Shown here: positions 37,846-47,331 of the stretch, piece by piece
Position numbering within the stretch: the stretch's first letter is position 1
How the letters are laid out: every line of letters begins with the position of its first letter
Translations under genes and position numbers: made by a program
Source of the DNA: a virus
Direction: 5' to 3' (one strand)
Virus record (IMG/VR): IMGVR_UViG_3300035670_000101
Coordinates: 1 to 64,000 of that record
Length of the DNA stretch: 64,000 nucleotides
The notes under the pieces: model-generated
What the model was told of the DNA's origin: nothing
Seen by the model: the letters and a program-made list of their open reading frames with translations, nothing else
The model's database searches: none

Positions 37846-38928
37846 ATGACACGTACAGTATTTAATGAATCAAACACAGGACACATCACTAAAACATATC
37901 CGATGTTTTTTGGAGATAGTCTTGGTTTGGTTGATACAGTGAATGTAGTTAACAAAGAAATTGAAATGTTAAAGGAGAAACAGCGAGGTGGTCGTTGGTA
38001 TCCTACTGAGATTAGTTTATCTCAGGATAAGCAAGACATGGACAAAGCTCCAAAAGAAATTGTTGATATTATGAATTTAGCTATTTCTTGGCAACACACA
38101 ACAGATAGTGTTGCTGGTCGATCTATTGGTGCAATGTTACTACCACATGTCACTAACACTGAAGCTGAAGGAATGATTGGTGAGTGGAGTTGTATCGAGT
38201 TCATTCATGGTGAAGCTTATGTTCACATTGTAAAACAAACTCGCATGAACCCTGATCAAGCTTTAATTGACACTTACAAGAACATTCGTGTTTTGGCTCG
38301 TAGTAAGAAGATTATTGATGTATTTAACTCTTTGTATAATATGTCACATAATCTCCCATTACGTGAAAAGAAAAAGATCATGGCAAAAGCTCTTGTCACC
38401 ATTATGGCTATGGAATGTATTAGCTTTATGTCTTCTTTTGGTGTGACATTTGCTATTGCTGAGTTAGGTTACTTTCAAGGTATTGCTGAAACAGTGTCTA
38501 CTATCGCACGAGATGAATTGTATCATGGTCGTATGAGTTATGAGTTAATTAAGGCTACTCGTTATGTAGACGGTTGGAGTGATATTTACGATGAAGTCTT
38601 AGAGGAATGTTCAGAAGTTATTCACTCGATTACTAAGGGTGAACATGCTTGGAATGAATACCTGTTCTCAGAAGGTCGTAGCTTACCAAACCTAACGAGA
38701 AATAATTTAGATGAATTGAATTTGTACTTCCACAACTTTGTTTGTAACCTTGTTGGTATTAAAAACAATTTCGAGGTTGTTAAGGATCATCCGTGTAAAT
38801 TTATGGATAAGTACATTGATCGCTCTTTGTTGCAATTCGCATCTCAAGAGATTCAACACACTAGCTATCGTCAAGGTAGTGTTGTAGATGATTTGGACGA
38901 TGATTTAGATTTTGATTTTAATTTTTAA
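37846..38928 (+). CDS. nrdB: Ribonucleoside-diphosphate reductase beta subunit
   Basis: 'W.P.EISL..D', 'EFIHGEAY', 'ECISFMSSF', 'IARDELYH'. Confidence 0.95.
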   Translation: MTRTVFNESNTGHITKTYPMFFGDSLGLVDTVNVVNKEIEMLKEKQRGGRWYPTEISLSQDKQDMDKAPKEIVDIMNLAISWQHTTDSVAGRSIGAMLLPHVTNTEAEGMIGEWSCIEFIHGEAYVHIVKQTRMNPDQALIDTYKNIRVLARSKKIIDVFNSLYNMSHNLPLREKKKIMAKALVTIMAMECISFMSSFGVTFAIAELGYFQGIAETVSTIARDELYHGRMSYELIKATRYVDGWSDIYDEVLEECSEVIHSITKGEHAWNEYLFSEGRSLPNLTRNNLDELNLYFHNFVCNLVGIKNNFEVVKDHPCKFMDKYIDRSLLQFASQEIQHTSYRQGSVVDDLDDDLDFDFNF

Positions 38929-38937
38929 GGGGAAGAA

Positions 38938-39156
38938 ATGATTACTGTATATTCTAAAGATTCTTGTGCTAAATGTGGTCAAGCGATTATGCTGCTAAAG
39001 ATGAAAGGTGTTGAACATGAAGTATTAAAGCTTGGTGTTGATTACGATTATGATAAAGCTGTAGAGCTTTCTAATGGTCAGAAGGAATTTCCTTTGATCT
39101 ATGTAGGGGGAAATCATCTAGGTGGACTAGAAGCTCTTAAACAGCACCTTTCATAA
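38938..39156 (+). CDS. Glutaredoxin
   Basis: 'VYSKDSCAKC', 'FPLIYVGGNHLGG'. Confidence 0.88.
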   Translation: MITVYSKDSCAKCGQAIMLLKMKGVEHEVLKLGVDYDYDKAVELSNGQKEFPLIYVGGNHLGGLEALKQHLS

Positions 39157-39177
39157 AATCCATATAAAATAAATTTA

Positions 39178-39229
39178 AAAGGAATGTGACACATAGTTGT
39201 TGCCTTCCTTTCTTTTTATCTATATACTT
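39178..39229 (+). promoter_or_regulatory. Terminator-like hairpin overlapping a sigma70-like promoter
   Basis: AAGGAA...TTCCTT plus T-run; TTGCCT-17 nt-TATACT. Confidence 0.5.
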
Positions 39230-39261
39230 TAATTATTCAAGAGAAACTATTAGGTGATAAA

Positions 39262-39600
39262 ATGAAACTAGAATTTAAGAAAGATAATTCATATGTTGGT
39301 CGTAGTGATCCATTTTGGGAGCACCCTTCTTGGGATTTACTATTAAAGACGGTTGAAGATGAGTGTGAGCTATATAAGATTAAAGAGTTTTTAGATTCTT
39401 TTGATGCTGAAATCAAATTTGTTTGGTTTGAAAACGATCCCTCTGTTTCAGAAGAAATTATAGATCAATATTTTGATGGCGATTGTGATGTATTAACAGG
39501 TTGGAATCCTATCGTACCAGATGGAAGTGGTTGGGTATTGTTATAAATTCATGATACTGAGGATGGTGCTGTGTCTTTATGGGGAAGAAATAAATGTTAA
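39262..39600 (+). pseudogene. Conserved phage protein interrupted by an in-frame TAA (39544-39546)
   Basis: Reads 'WNP..PDGSGWVLL*IHDTEDGAVSLWGR'; the family motif is GW.L.SIHDTEDG; the distal stop overlaps the next ATG. Confidence 0.65.
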
Positions 39601-39767
39601 TTGATAACTCAGATATGTTTTACGAAGATTTAGAGAAATACAAACGCCAACACCGAAAGCGTCAGAAAGATATGCGAGAAGTTAAACGTTTAACTCGTAG
39701 TGTTGAGAGATTCTTAAAGCAAAAGACTAATGTTGATGCTGAACAAAAGTATTACTGGGAGGTGTAA
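39594..39767 (+). CDS. Hypothetical basic protein (57 aa)
   Basis: Coupled ORF. Confidence 0.55.
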   Translation: MLIDNSDMFYEDLEKYKRQHRKRQKDMREVKRLTRSVERFLKQKTNVDAEQKYYWEV

Positions 39768-39857
39768 TGTCCTACGTTCATTACGTGACAACACTCATGT
39801 GTGCGATCAAGCATTGTCACTGTCGCTCCAACGCACGTAATTCTTGATAGGTGTGAT

Positions 39858-40085
39858 ATGAATACAAGCAAAATTACAGGTAAATTAGTTGCCAATATTG
39901 AAACAGATGAGTATAGTATCAACCAACATATTGATCAATGTTTGCAGAAGATTGAAGATACTTGGTCTGATGTGTCTGTAGACTACTCTAGTGTAGAAGA
40001 ATACTTCTTAGAGTTGGTTGATGTTGATAGTTGGGTTAGTAAAAATTGGATCACATTTAGTGTAGAATTTAAGGAGAGTAAATAA
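39858..40085 (+). CDS. Hypothetical protein
   Basis: SD AGGTG then ATG at 39858. Confidence 0.65.
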   Translation: MNTSKITGKLVANIETDEYSINQHIDQCLQKIEDTWSDVSVDYSSVEEYFLELVDVDSWVSKNWITFSVEFKESK

Positions 40086-40086
40086 G

Positions 40087-40749
40087 GTGTTTGATTTTAA
40101 TAAAGTGCGTGTTATTGGTGTGACTCAGCCTGTCGTTGATTTTATACCAGACAGTGAGGGTATTTTGAGTTACGCTGCTCGTGTTAGTAGTCCGAACAAC
40201 CAAGAGAATTTTGACACAGCAAACAAGCTGTTAGACTATTGTGTTCGTAATAAGCACTATTCAGTGTTTGAGACTTGTTCTGTAACAATGGAGATTGAAA
40301 CTCCTCGTGACATTGCTCGTCAGATTCTACGACATCGTTCTTTCTCATTCCAAGAGTTTAGTCAACGGTATGCTCAGTCCACACAATTTATTGAACGTGA
40401 GTGTCGTTTGCAGGACACTAAAAACCGTCAGAACAGTTTTGAAACTAATGATGCACAGTTGCAAGATAAGTGGAAAGAACTTCAAGAGCAAGTCCGTGTT
40501 ACAGCTCAGAACAACTATGAAACTGCATTATCACTCGGTATTGCAAAAGAGGTTGCTCGTGTGTTATTACCGGAAGGTTTAACTATGAGTAAAATGTATA
40601 TGCAAGGTAGCGTCAGAAGTTACCTCCACTTCATTCAAGTTCGTGATGATGAGGGGGTAGCCCAGAAGGAAGTTGTTGATGTAGCTCGTAAGGTTAAAGA
40701 TGAGTTGCTAAAATACTTCCCAAGCTTGTCTGGACAGTTGAGTAAATAA
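40087..40749 (+). CDS. thyX: FAD-dependent thymidylate synthase
   Basis: 'H.SVFE', 'QILRHRSFSFQEFSQRY', 'EVARVLLPEG'. Confidence 0.96.
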   Translation: MFDFNKVRVIGVTQPVVDFIPDSEGILSYAARVSSPNNQENFDTANKLLDYCVRNKHYSVFETCSVTMEIETPRDIARQILRHRSFSFQEFSQRYAQSTQFIERECRLQDTKNRQNSFETNDAQLQDKWKELQEQVRVTAQNNYETALSLGIAKEVARVLLPEGLTMSKMYMQGSVRSYLHFIQVRDDEGVAQKEVVDVARKVKDELLKYFPSLSGQLSK

Positions 40750-40790
40750 ATTTAAGGGTGTAATACTAAGATGATTCTTCATCAAAGGTG

Positions 40791-40818
40791 TTGCACTCTT
40801 TTTTGTTGTGTGTATAAT
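40791..40818 (+). promoter_or_regulatory. Sigma70-like promoter
   Basis: TTGCAC...TGTG-TATAAT. Confidence 0.65.
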
Positions 40819-40837
40819 TGAATACATATTAACTTAA

Positions 40838-41158
40838 TTGGATACTGACATGGAAACTAAAGAACTTTTACTTAAAGAGTTGAAAAACATAAACCCTAAT
40901 AAGTGTGATATTAAGATCAGTCGTAATACTGATTACTCTCTTTTATTTAGCACAACAAGTCAATCCTTAAAGTGTGTAACTTACATCTCCATTATTAGTG
41001 ATTGTCTTACAGCTACTATTTCTAGTAATGATGGTGCGTCTTTTTCTATTTACAATAAAGGTAACGTATTAGATTCTAAGAGTTATTGTATCGAATGTGA
41101 AGGGTTGTTCAAAGAGGTTTATGATGCTATCAAACATTTGTTAATTGTTGATGTGTAG
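40838..41158 (+). CDS. Hypothetical protein
   Basis: ORF after a promoter; start may be 40850. Confidence 0.7.
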   Translation: MDTDMETKELLLKELKNINPNKCDIKISRNTDYSLLFSTTSQSLKCVTYISIISDCLTATISSNDGASFSIYNKGNVLDSKSYCIECEGLFKEVYDAIKHLLIVDV

Positions 41159-41175
41159 GGTGGGGGGTAGTTTAA

Positions 41176-41373
41176 ATGAGTGATGATAATAATACACAAA
41201 AACAACGAGTGTTTGAAGTTGGTGAGTGGTGTAGGGTAACTAAAGGTTTTTATCGTAATCATAAATGTTGGTGTTCATATAAAATTGATTGCGATGTTAT
41301 TGGAAGTATGTTTTACTTAGAATCACTAGGGACATACTTTAGTGAAGATTATATTACGTTTAATGTTGAATGA
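41176..41373 (+). CDS. Hypothetical protein (KOW-like 'FEVGEWCRV')
   Basis: ORF in operon. Confidence 0.6.
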   Translation: MSDDNNTQKQRVFEVGEWCRVTKGFYRNHKCWCSYKIDCDVIGSMFYLESLGTYFSEDYITFNVE

Positions 41374-41394
41374 TTTAAATTTAGGAGAGTTAAA

Positions 41395-41568
41395 ATGGCT
41401 AAACAAAAGCAAGATAACAAGACTGTTGATATTGAGCTGTTAATCCTACGAGATAAGATTGAAGAGCTTATTGATAAGTATGAAAGTAATTCGAACGGAA
41501 TGGATATTATTACTCAAACGTGGTGTCAATCAATTACTATAGACTTGAAAGGGTTATTGGAGAATTAG
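41395..41568 (+). CDS. Hypothetical protein (57 aa)
   Basis: SD AGGAG. Confidence 0.6.
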   Translation: MAKQKQDNKTVDIELLILRDKIEELIDKYESNSNGMDIITQTWCQSITIDLKGLLEN

Positions 41569-41952
41569 ATGAATATTAAACTGAAAGACAATTGGGTGCT
41601 AACAAAGAACCCTAACAATATTATTCTTGGTAAAGTTACTAAGCGGAAGAATAAACTTGGAGAGATGGAAGATCACATTCAAAACATTGGGTACTATACA
41701 ACCCCATTTAACGCTGTTTTAGGCTACTTAAAGTACGGTATTAGGGATAGTAGTGCTGAGAGCTTTACAGAGCTAGAACAAGCTTACAATGAGCTTATCG
41801 CTAGTGTTTCTAAGGGTGTTGGTGAATGGTGTAGTGAGCAAGATAAGATTCAAACTTTAGAGCTAGAGAATAAGACTTTGAAGAGTAAACTTGATTTGTT
41901 GCAACACATGTATGATAGCTTAAGGTTTAGATTGGATGGGTTGGAACAGTGA
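41569..41952 (+). CDS. Hypothetical protein
   Basis: SD GGAG; coiled-coil C-terminus. Confidence 0.75.
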   Translation: MNIKLKDNWVLTKNPNNIILGKVTKRKNKLGEMEDHIQNIGYYTTPFNAVLGYLKYGIRDSSAESFTELEQAYNELIASVSKGVGEWCSEQDKIQTLELENKTLKSKLDLLQHMYDSLRFRLDGLEQ

Positions 41953-42260
41953 GAAAAGACTTTAGAGATTGTGAAGATGATGGTTCAAAGCATGTGTTTT
42001 TGGTTGGCACGGCTGTTGTCTTTTCATTTGTGATATTCCTACCACTACTCTTTATTTGGGGTTCTAGTAACAGCAGTTCGAGTGTTGATGATTTAAAACC
42101 TAAACTTTTAGATACGAACTCAATAGGTTGTTCAAAGTATCGTTACAAAGGTAGTGAGTATTGGGTTTGTCCTAAAGAGTTGAACATTAATTCTGTAGAG
42201 GTTACTTATCGTAACGGTAGAACCTCTAGAACTGAGTTGGAACCTGTTTTACAAGAATAG
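41949..42260 (+). CDS. Membrane-anchored protein
   Basis: Single TM segment; GTGA overlap. Confidence 0.7.
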   Translation: MRKDFRDCEDDGSKHVFLVGTAVVFSFVIFLPLLFIWGSSNSSSSVDDLKPKLLDTNSIGCSKYRYKGSEYWVCPKELNINSVEVTYRNGRTSRTELEPVLQE

Positions 42261-42282
42261 GTGTTAAGTAGGAGGGTTTAGG

Positions 42283-42444
42283 ATGTTGAAAAGTGAGGTT
42301 TTATTTGATGGAAACTTGATCTATGTAAACGGCTTGGTTATTGAGCGTGGAAAGTTTGATTATTATGTGACGAACAGTGATGAAGATGTTTTACTGGAGT
42401 GGGTTTCTATTGAGGAAGCTGTGAAGTTTTGTTTGGAGCAATAA
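42283..42444 (+). CDS. Hypothetical protein (53 aa)
   Basis: SD AGGAGG. Confidence 0.55.
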   Translation: MLKSEVLFDGNLIYVNGLVIERGKFDYYVTNSDEDVLLEWVSIEEAVKFCLEQ

Positions 42445-42449
42445 AACTA

Positions 42450-42478
42450 TTGACCATTTAAAACAACTCTGCTATCTT
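42450..42478 (+). promoter_or_regulatory. Sigma70-like promoter
   Basis: TTGACC-17 nt-TATCTT with TG extension. Confidence 0.65.
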
Positions 42479-42511
42479 ACTCTCATACACAAACATATCA
42501 GGAGAAACACA

Positions 42512-42805
42512 ATGAACATCAATGAAATTACATTTGAAGTGAAAGCTGTAGAGGGTACAGAGTTGTTCGAATACAAATTTAAGAATGTACCAGATTATGA
42601 AACTATTACTTTCTACATGGATGAAGATGTAAATGCTACAACCCTTGAGGAATTACTTGCGGGTTTGAGTATTATTAACCCACATCATTTCCGTAGTATG
42701 TCTGGTGCATATAACACACCCTTAGGGCGATTAATGATTAATGGTGATCATAATCTTGGTAGTTATGAAGCATTATTAGAAGTTGTTGAGATGTACTCTG
42801 AATAA
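42512..42805 (+). CDS. Hypothetical protein (monocistronic)
   Basis: Own promoter, SD AGGAG and downstream terminator. Confidence 0.75.
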   Translation: MNINEITFEVKAVEGTELFEYKFKNVPDYETITFYMDEDVNATTLEELLAGLSIINPHHFRSMSGAYNTPLGRLMINGDHNLGSYEALLEVVEMYSE

Positions 42806-42829
42806 TAATATGCCAACTATGTAACACAG

Positions 42830-42851
42830 GGAGCTATAAGCTCCTTTTTTA
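42830..42851 (+). terminator. Rho-independent terminator
   Basis: GGAGCT-ATA-AGCTCC followed by T6. Confidence 0.7.
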
Positions 42852-42954
42852 ATGTCTGTAAGAAAGCTAATGGGTAAATCTTTGTGTTTGCGATACACAG
42901 ACAACAAGTTGTATAACCGTTTGTCGGTTGTTTGTAAAATGGTTAAAAAACATA

Positions 42955-42983
42955 TTGCACAATTTAAAGTTTAGTTTTATATT
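42955..42983 (+). promoter_or_regulatory. Sigma70-like promoter
   Basis: TTGCAC-17 nt-TATATT. Confidence 0.6.
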
Positions 42984-43047
42984 TAATTCATACCAGCAAT
43001 ACTTCAAAGAAGTTTGTAATGTAAATAAAAATTAGGAGTAATACATC

Positions 43048-43980
43048 ATGGTTAAAACATTAAACAAAACAAATGTAGCAGCAAAAGACATTAAGCAATT
43101 CCTCATGTCAGGTGAAGCTAAAGTAGATTTCCTGAACAATGGTAAAGATATGGTTTATCGTATCGAAGGAGTTGAAGATTTAGATGTTGCTGCACAGGGA
43201 TTCATCATTGATCGTGGAGAAGTTAAATATCCTAAGCTTAGTAACGATACTGTGTATATTGGAAGCAGGGATGGATTCTCATCCATCAACATCTCTTTTA
43301 AAACCTTAATCTGCTTACTTAATGGTTATCTACCTAAAGGTGGTCAAGTGTTAAGTTTGAAAGATAACAAGTTTGGATATGCTCCACACAACTTAGTGTT
43401 AAGAAATAAGTTTACTGATGAAATTTCACCAATAGACATTCTTGAGAAAGTTGGAAGTGTTCAGGCTGAAGATTCTGAGAGTGCTGGAGACACTAACACT
43501 AGCGAAGATAATAACCCTAGTGAAAACATTAACCTCATTGGTGAATACACAATGTACACCAAGAAAGAAGTTGTGAAGGAATATGTGACAGAAGATGGTG
43601 CTGCATTTCCAACCAAAGAACTTGCTGAGTGGCATCAAGAGAATGTTGCAGAAGCTAAGAACCTTGCTCAAGTTGTCTTGGACTACAATGGTGGTTATCA
43701 ATTAGCTGAAAAGGTATTCCAAGAGAAAGTGAAATACAATAAAGCTAAACCTTATGAGCACTTCCGTGATGTAATGGATGCTAATGATGGTGTGGTTGAA
43801 CGTGATTCTAAAGAGGTTGTTAAGTTTAATCCTTTCACCATAGGTGGCGTACCACATTTTGCATACTTGTTCAGTAATAAGCAATACACGCAAACTAAGG
43901 CTGATGAGATCATTGATATGCTGAAGTTAGCTCAAGAGGTGTATGAAAACTTAGAGAAGTTATCTAAAGAAACTGTATGA
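43048..43980 (+). CDS. Hypothetical two-domain protein (degenerate HNH-like N-terminal half)
   Basis: 310 aa; own promoter and terminator; S/E/N/T linker. Confidence 0.8.
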   Translation: MVKTLNKTNVAAKDIKQFLMSGEAKVDFLNNGKDMVYRIEGVEDLDVAAQGFIIDRGEVKYPKLSNDTVYIGSRDGFSSINISFKTLICLLNGYLPKGGQVLSLKDNKFGYAPHNLVLRNKFTDEISPIDILEKVGSVQAEDSESAGDTNTSEDNNPSENINLIGEYTMYTKKEVVKEYVTEDGAAFPTKELAEWHQENVAEAKNLAQVVLDYNGGYQLAEKVFQEKVKYNKAKPYEHFRDVMDANDGVVERDSKEVVKFNPFTIGGVPHFAYLFSNKQYTQTKADEIIDMLKLAQEVYENLEKLSKETV

Positions 43981-44002
43981 CATTCTACTGACATACCTCT
44001 AT

Positions 44003-44027
44003 GACCTCACTTGTTGGGGTCTTTTTG
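44003..44027 (+). terminator. Rho-independent terminator
   Basis: GACCTCA-CTTGT-TGGGGTC followed by T5. Confidence 0.7.
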
Positions 44028-44212
44028 TGCAGACAATAAATGTTCATTGTTGTGTGTTATATTTTAATTTAAAATTTTATTAATTTATTTTGTGAAAGGT
44101 ATTGCTTCAAATAATGAATAGTGATTTAATAGTTTTCAAGGGGATGGGGATAATAAGAACAGGGTTGAACTTCTGTTAACCAGCCTAAAAATAAATTTAT
44201 TGGAGATGTATT

Positions 44213-44470
44213 TTGAATACTCAGCTAAACGTAAGTGAAATGATTGAAGGGTTTGTTTCGGATTCAATTTTTGATGAGATTAAAACTTTACACAAAGAGA
44301 ATAAAACTTTAATTGAGATTATCGAGGATTTACCTAATTACTCTATTGCTTGCAAACAAACTATGGTGTCTGTTAAGTCGAAGAATGAAAAACGTATTGA
44401 CGATTTATACAGACAATTACATAAGAATGGTGTATTTGTAAAAGAGCAGTTGACTATCCCTTCAAATTAA
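44213..44470 (+). CDS. Hypothetical protein
   Basis: SD GGAG with TTG start. Confidence 0.7.
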   Translation: MNTQLNVSEMIEGFVSDSIFDEIKTLHKENKTLIEIIEDLPNYSIACKQTMVSVKSKNEKRIDDLYRQLHKNGVFVKEQLTIPSN

Positions 44471-44485
44471 TTTAATATTTAATTA
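44450..44485 (+). promoter_or_regulatory. Sigma70 promoter overlapped by palindromic operator
   Basis: TTGACT-17 nt-TAATAT; TAATTTAATATTTAATTA at 44468-44485. Confidence 0.7.
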
Positions 44486-44529
44486 AATACAAAGCATAAA
44501 TATTTTTGCAAACATTGGAGTAATATTAA

Positions 44530-44793
44530 ATGAACAAGATTCAAATGATGAAAACTTTGATAGATTCAACTAAAGGGCGGTTTTTCGTAATAAATTTCGT
44601 AAAATCGAATGGTGAGGTTCGTAAGATGTTAACTCGAACTGGGGTTTCTAAAGGTGTGAAAGGTACAGGCTTACCAAACACTAAAGAGAATATCTTACGT
44701 GCTTATGATCTAAGTATTGGTCAATGGCGCAGTATTAACCTAGAAACTGTTCAGAAGATTAAATGCGGTAAGGTTTTGTTTGAGGAGTTATAA
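44530..44793 (+). CDS. WYL_2/SH3 beta-barrel (DUF2693-like) protein
   Basis: 'FVINFVKSNGEVRKM...YDL...WRSI'. Confidence 0.7.
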   Translation: MNKIQMMKTLIDSTKGRFFVINFVKSNGEVRKMLTRTGVSKGVKGTGLPNTKENILRAYDLSIGQWRSINLETVQKIKCGKVLFEEL

Positions 44794-44795
44794 GG

Positions 44796-44966
44796 ATGAA
44801 ACGTAAATTAGAGAATGGTGACTTAGTTAAAACGTCAAACTTAGGTGATTTATACTTTGTTTGTGAGAATGATGATTATGCTGTACTGGAGGATTTAAAT
44901 GGGGTTACTTACAACGTAGATCATGGAGAGTATTGGTTGGAAGGTTTATTTGAGGGGAATGTGTGA
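44796..44966 (+). CDS. Hypothetical protein (56 aa)
   Basis: SD GAGGAG. Confidence 0.55.
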   Translation: MKRKLENGDLVKTSNLGDLYFVCENDDYAVLEDLNGVTYNVDHGEYWLEGLFEGNV

Positions 44967-45012
44967 TGGTTCCTGTTGAGCTGTTAATCCCGAATAGTAA
45001 AGAGCTAAAGAA

Positions 45013-45399
45013 ATGAAAGAAATTAAGAATGAGCTAGATGTTTGGTGTGCGTTCCAGAATGGTGAAAAACTTCACCTTGAAGATGTTGCTATGGCTATGT
45101 ATGGAGTGGATGTTAGCTCTTACATAAAAACGGTGAAAAGGAATGATTTAAATCGATTCAGGGTTAATAAGGTTGGTTGTGATGGTACAGCAGCACTCAC
45201 ACTGCAAACCCTGCATGAAATGATAGAGCCTCTTTTAAATCAAAGAGTATGGGATAAAGATAAAGGCGATCCAAATGGCTCTGAGATTGATGTTGTTTAC
45301 TACTGCTCTCCAATTGAGTACACAATGGAGATGAAAGACAATATGACTCAGATTGACAAATTTTATATCAATTATACCAGCGAGTTTATTTACAAATGA
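45013..45399 (+). CDS. Hypothetical protein
   Basis: 128-aa ORF. Confidence 0.7.
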   Translation: MKEIKNELDVWCAFQNGEKLHLEDVAMAMYGVDVSSYIKTVKRNDLNRFRVNKVGCDGTAALTLQTLHEMIEPLLNQRVWDKDKGDPNGSEIDVVYYCSPIEYTMEMKDNMTQIDKFYINYTSEFIYK

Positions 45400-45457
45400 A
45401 TAAATATACCCTTATCACAGTGTTAGATTTTGATATGAAATTAATGGAGGTGGAATA

Positions 45458-45700
45458 ATGAACCTAAAGAATATTAAAAAAATCGTTCAAGATAGCCCAT
45501 CTTGGGCGTACAGTTACAATCCAGATACCAAGAAATACTACACTAAGTATGAAAGTTGTTTAAACGACATAACCATTAAAGATCTGAAAGAAAAAGGTAT
45601 TCGCCTTATTGATAAGAAGTACAACATGTTGTATTGGATGTTCATTATTTTTAATGTTTTTCTTATAGTGGTGTTATATGGTGTTGGTGCTTACAAATGA
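45458..45700 (+). CDS. Hypothetical protein with C-terminal TM segment
   Basis: SD GGAGG. Confidence 0.65.
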   Translation: MNLKNIKKIVQDSPSWAYSYNPDTKKYYTKYESCLNDITIKDLKEKGIRLIDKKYNMLYWMFIIFNVFLIVVLYGVGAYK

Positions 45701-45775
45701 ACAAACAAAAACTAATAGCGCTGATATTTTTATTACCGTTTGCACTAGCAATTATTTATGTAGGATTGATGATTT

Positions 45776-46042
45776 ATGGATTTTGATTATTATTTTAAAA
45801 AGTATGATGAAGAATACGGTTTCAATGACAGTGAGTTATGTGGTTTTGAAATTGGATTTGAAGCTGGTCAGCAAAGCAAACAAGAAGAAGTTAACAAACG
45901 TCAAGCGCAGCTTGATAAGCTTCAAAAGGAGATTGATGCGCTTCGAGAAATGGTTAAAAAGTTAATAGATAATACGGTTCTTAGCATTGATGATGAATTG
46001 GAAGATCAGGCAAATAACTTGCTGAGAGGAAATCAGAAATGA
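45776..46042 (+). CDS. Hypothetical coiled-coil protein
   Basis: 'FEAGQQSKQEEV' pattern seen in Acinetobacter phage small proteins. Confidence 0.65.
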   Translation: MDFDYYFKKYDEEYGFNDSELCGFEIGFEAGQQSKQEEVNKRQAQLDKLQKEIDALREMVKKLIDNTVLSIDDELEDQANNLLRGNQK

Positions 46043-46284
46043 CCCCAGAACAAATGCAAAAAATTGTAGATAGTGCACCTATTGATGCGACCGATATTGA
46101 CCATACTGGCGCATACTGGAAAGACGACCTGATGATGGTTGATGACAAATATCAGGAGGATGATAGAGGTTGGGCTTTGATTAAATGGCGGTTAAGTCAT
46201 TTACGCACCCAACTCAATAAACATAACACGTCAGACCTAGAACCTACGAATGTTCCACACGACACAGTTGTTTTGGAGGAGTAA
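46039..46284 (+). CDS. Hypothetical protein
   Basis: 'IVDSAPIDAT' motif; SD GAGG. Confidence 0.65.
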   Translation: MTPEQMQKIVDSAPIDATDIDHTGAYWKDDLMMVDDKYQEDDRGWALIKWRLSHLRTQLNKHNTSDLEPTNVPHDTVVLEE

Positions 46285-46872
46285 ATGAAGGGTGGCAATA
46301 GATTGGTTTATGGTTTTGGTATTACAGACATTCCTTCAGGAAAAAATGGAAATCACTCTCGGGAGTATATGCTTTGGAAGGGTATGATAAGAAGATGTTA
46401 CGCTTCCAATAGGTCTGTATTCTCAGATAACTATTTGGAATGTACGGTTTCAGATGATTTTAAGCTGTTCTCTAAATTCTCAAGCTGGTATAACAACCAG
46501 AAGGGATCATCCATAGATGGGTGGTGTGTCGACAAAGACCTTTTGGTTAAGGGGAATAAAATTTACTCCCCAGAAACTTGCGTTTTTCTTCCTAGGGAAA
46601 TAAATACCGCCATCACTACTAGCAACAATAAAAGAGGTGATATGCCAATAGGTGTGTTTTTTAATAAAAAACTTGGGAAATACTCAGCCACCGTCAGCTC
46701 AATGGGAAAGAGCAACTATTTAGGCTTGTTTAATACACCAGATCAAGCGTTTTTTGCCTACAAGTCCAAAAAAGAGGAGTTAATGGCTGGATTAGCTAAA
46801 AAGTACATCGATCAATTGTCTGAAAAAGCATACAACGCATTGATAGGATTCAACGTCGACATAAGCGACTAA
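46285..46872 (+). CDS. HNH-like endonuclease ('DKD..YSPETC' family) with AP2-like C-terminus
   Basis: 'W.GMIRRCY...WCVDKDLLVKGNKIYSPETCVFLPREIN...YLGLF.T...AF.AY'. Confidence 0.8.
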   Translation: MKGGNRLVYGFGITDIPSGKNGNHSREYMLWKGMIRRCYASNRSVFSDNYLECTVSDDFKLFSKFSSWYNNQKGSSIDGWCVDKDLLVKGNKIYSPETCVFLPREINTAITTSNNKRGDMPIGVFFNKKLGKYSATVSSMGKSNYLGLFNTPDQAFFAYKSKKEELMAGLAKKYIDQLSEKAYNALIGFNVDISD

Positions 46873-46877
46873 ACTCA

Positions 46878-46904
46878 AGCCTCCCTAACGAGGCTTTTCT
46901 TTTG
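46878..46904. terminator. Terminator at the convergence of the + and - gene blocks
   Basis: AAGCCTC-CCTAAC-GAGGCTT followed by a T-run. Confidence 0.75.
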
Positions 46905-46926
46905 TTATTAAAAACTCCCCTGTCCC

Positions 46927-47331
46927 TCACTCCTTATCCTCTCTGAAATACCCCATCAAAGCTACTACAGCCCAGATTACTAGCCCTATAGTGAATACAA
47001 CCCCGTACATCGTTGTACCAGCTTGAAATCCGTAAGCAAAGTTTAACAGGTAGGACAGTACCAGACACCCAAATAGAAGCCCTATATGGAACTTATCATC
47101 CTCCTCACGGTGTCTTTCTCTGCGCATCTCACTACGATCTTTACGTGTTGACCCTACCTTAACTCTGGAGTCATCACTGATGTATTGATATTCAGGGTTT
47201 TTATTCTCTCTGTACTCAAATTCGTAAGATGCCAAGTCATTAGATTTTGTTCTAAGGTTATTTCTGTTAGGTGGGTTTCTGTTAGAATTACTGTTCGCAA
47301 CATTTCTTTTTTGATATGTTTTAGTAGGCAT
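46927..47331 (-). CDS. Membrane protein (2 C-terminal TM segments); start uncertain
   Basis: Hydrophobic C-terminus; 5' end abuts a terminator. Confidence 0.55.
   Translation of the reverse strand: MPTKTYQKRNVANSNSNRNPPNRNNLRTKSNDLASYEFEYRENKNPEYQYISDDSRVKVGSTRKDRSEMRRERHREEDDKFHIGLLFGCLVLSYLLNFAYGFQAGTTMYGVVFTIGLVIWAVVALMGYFREDKE

Noticed and set aside
22732-38928. Introns or inteins in DNA polymerase, nrdA or nrdB
   Set aside because: Each is a single continuous ORF of normal length with ordered motifs; the nearby endonuclease genes are free-standing.
21739-43893. Short nested ORFs in replication genes (e.g. 23483-23734, 25118-25405, 36323-36547, 40295-40582)
   Set aside because: They are off-frame by-products of codon bias with no initiation signals.
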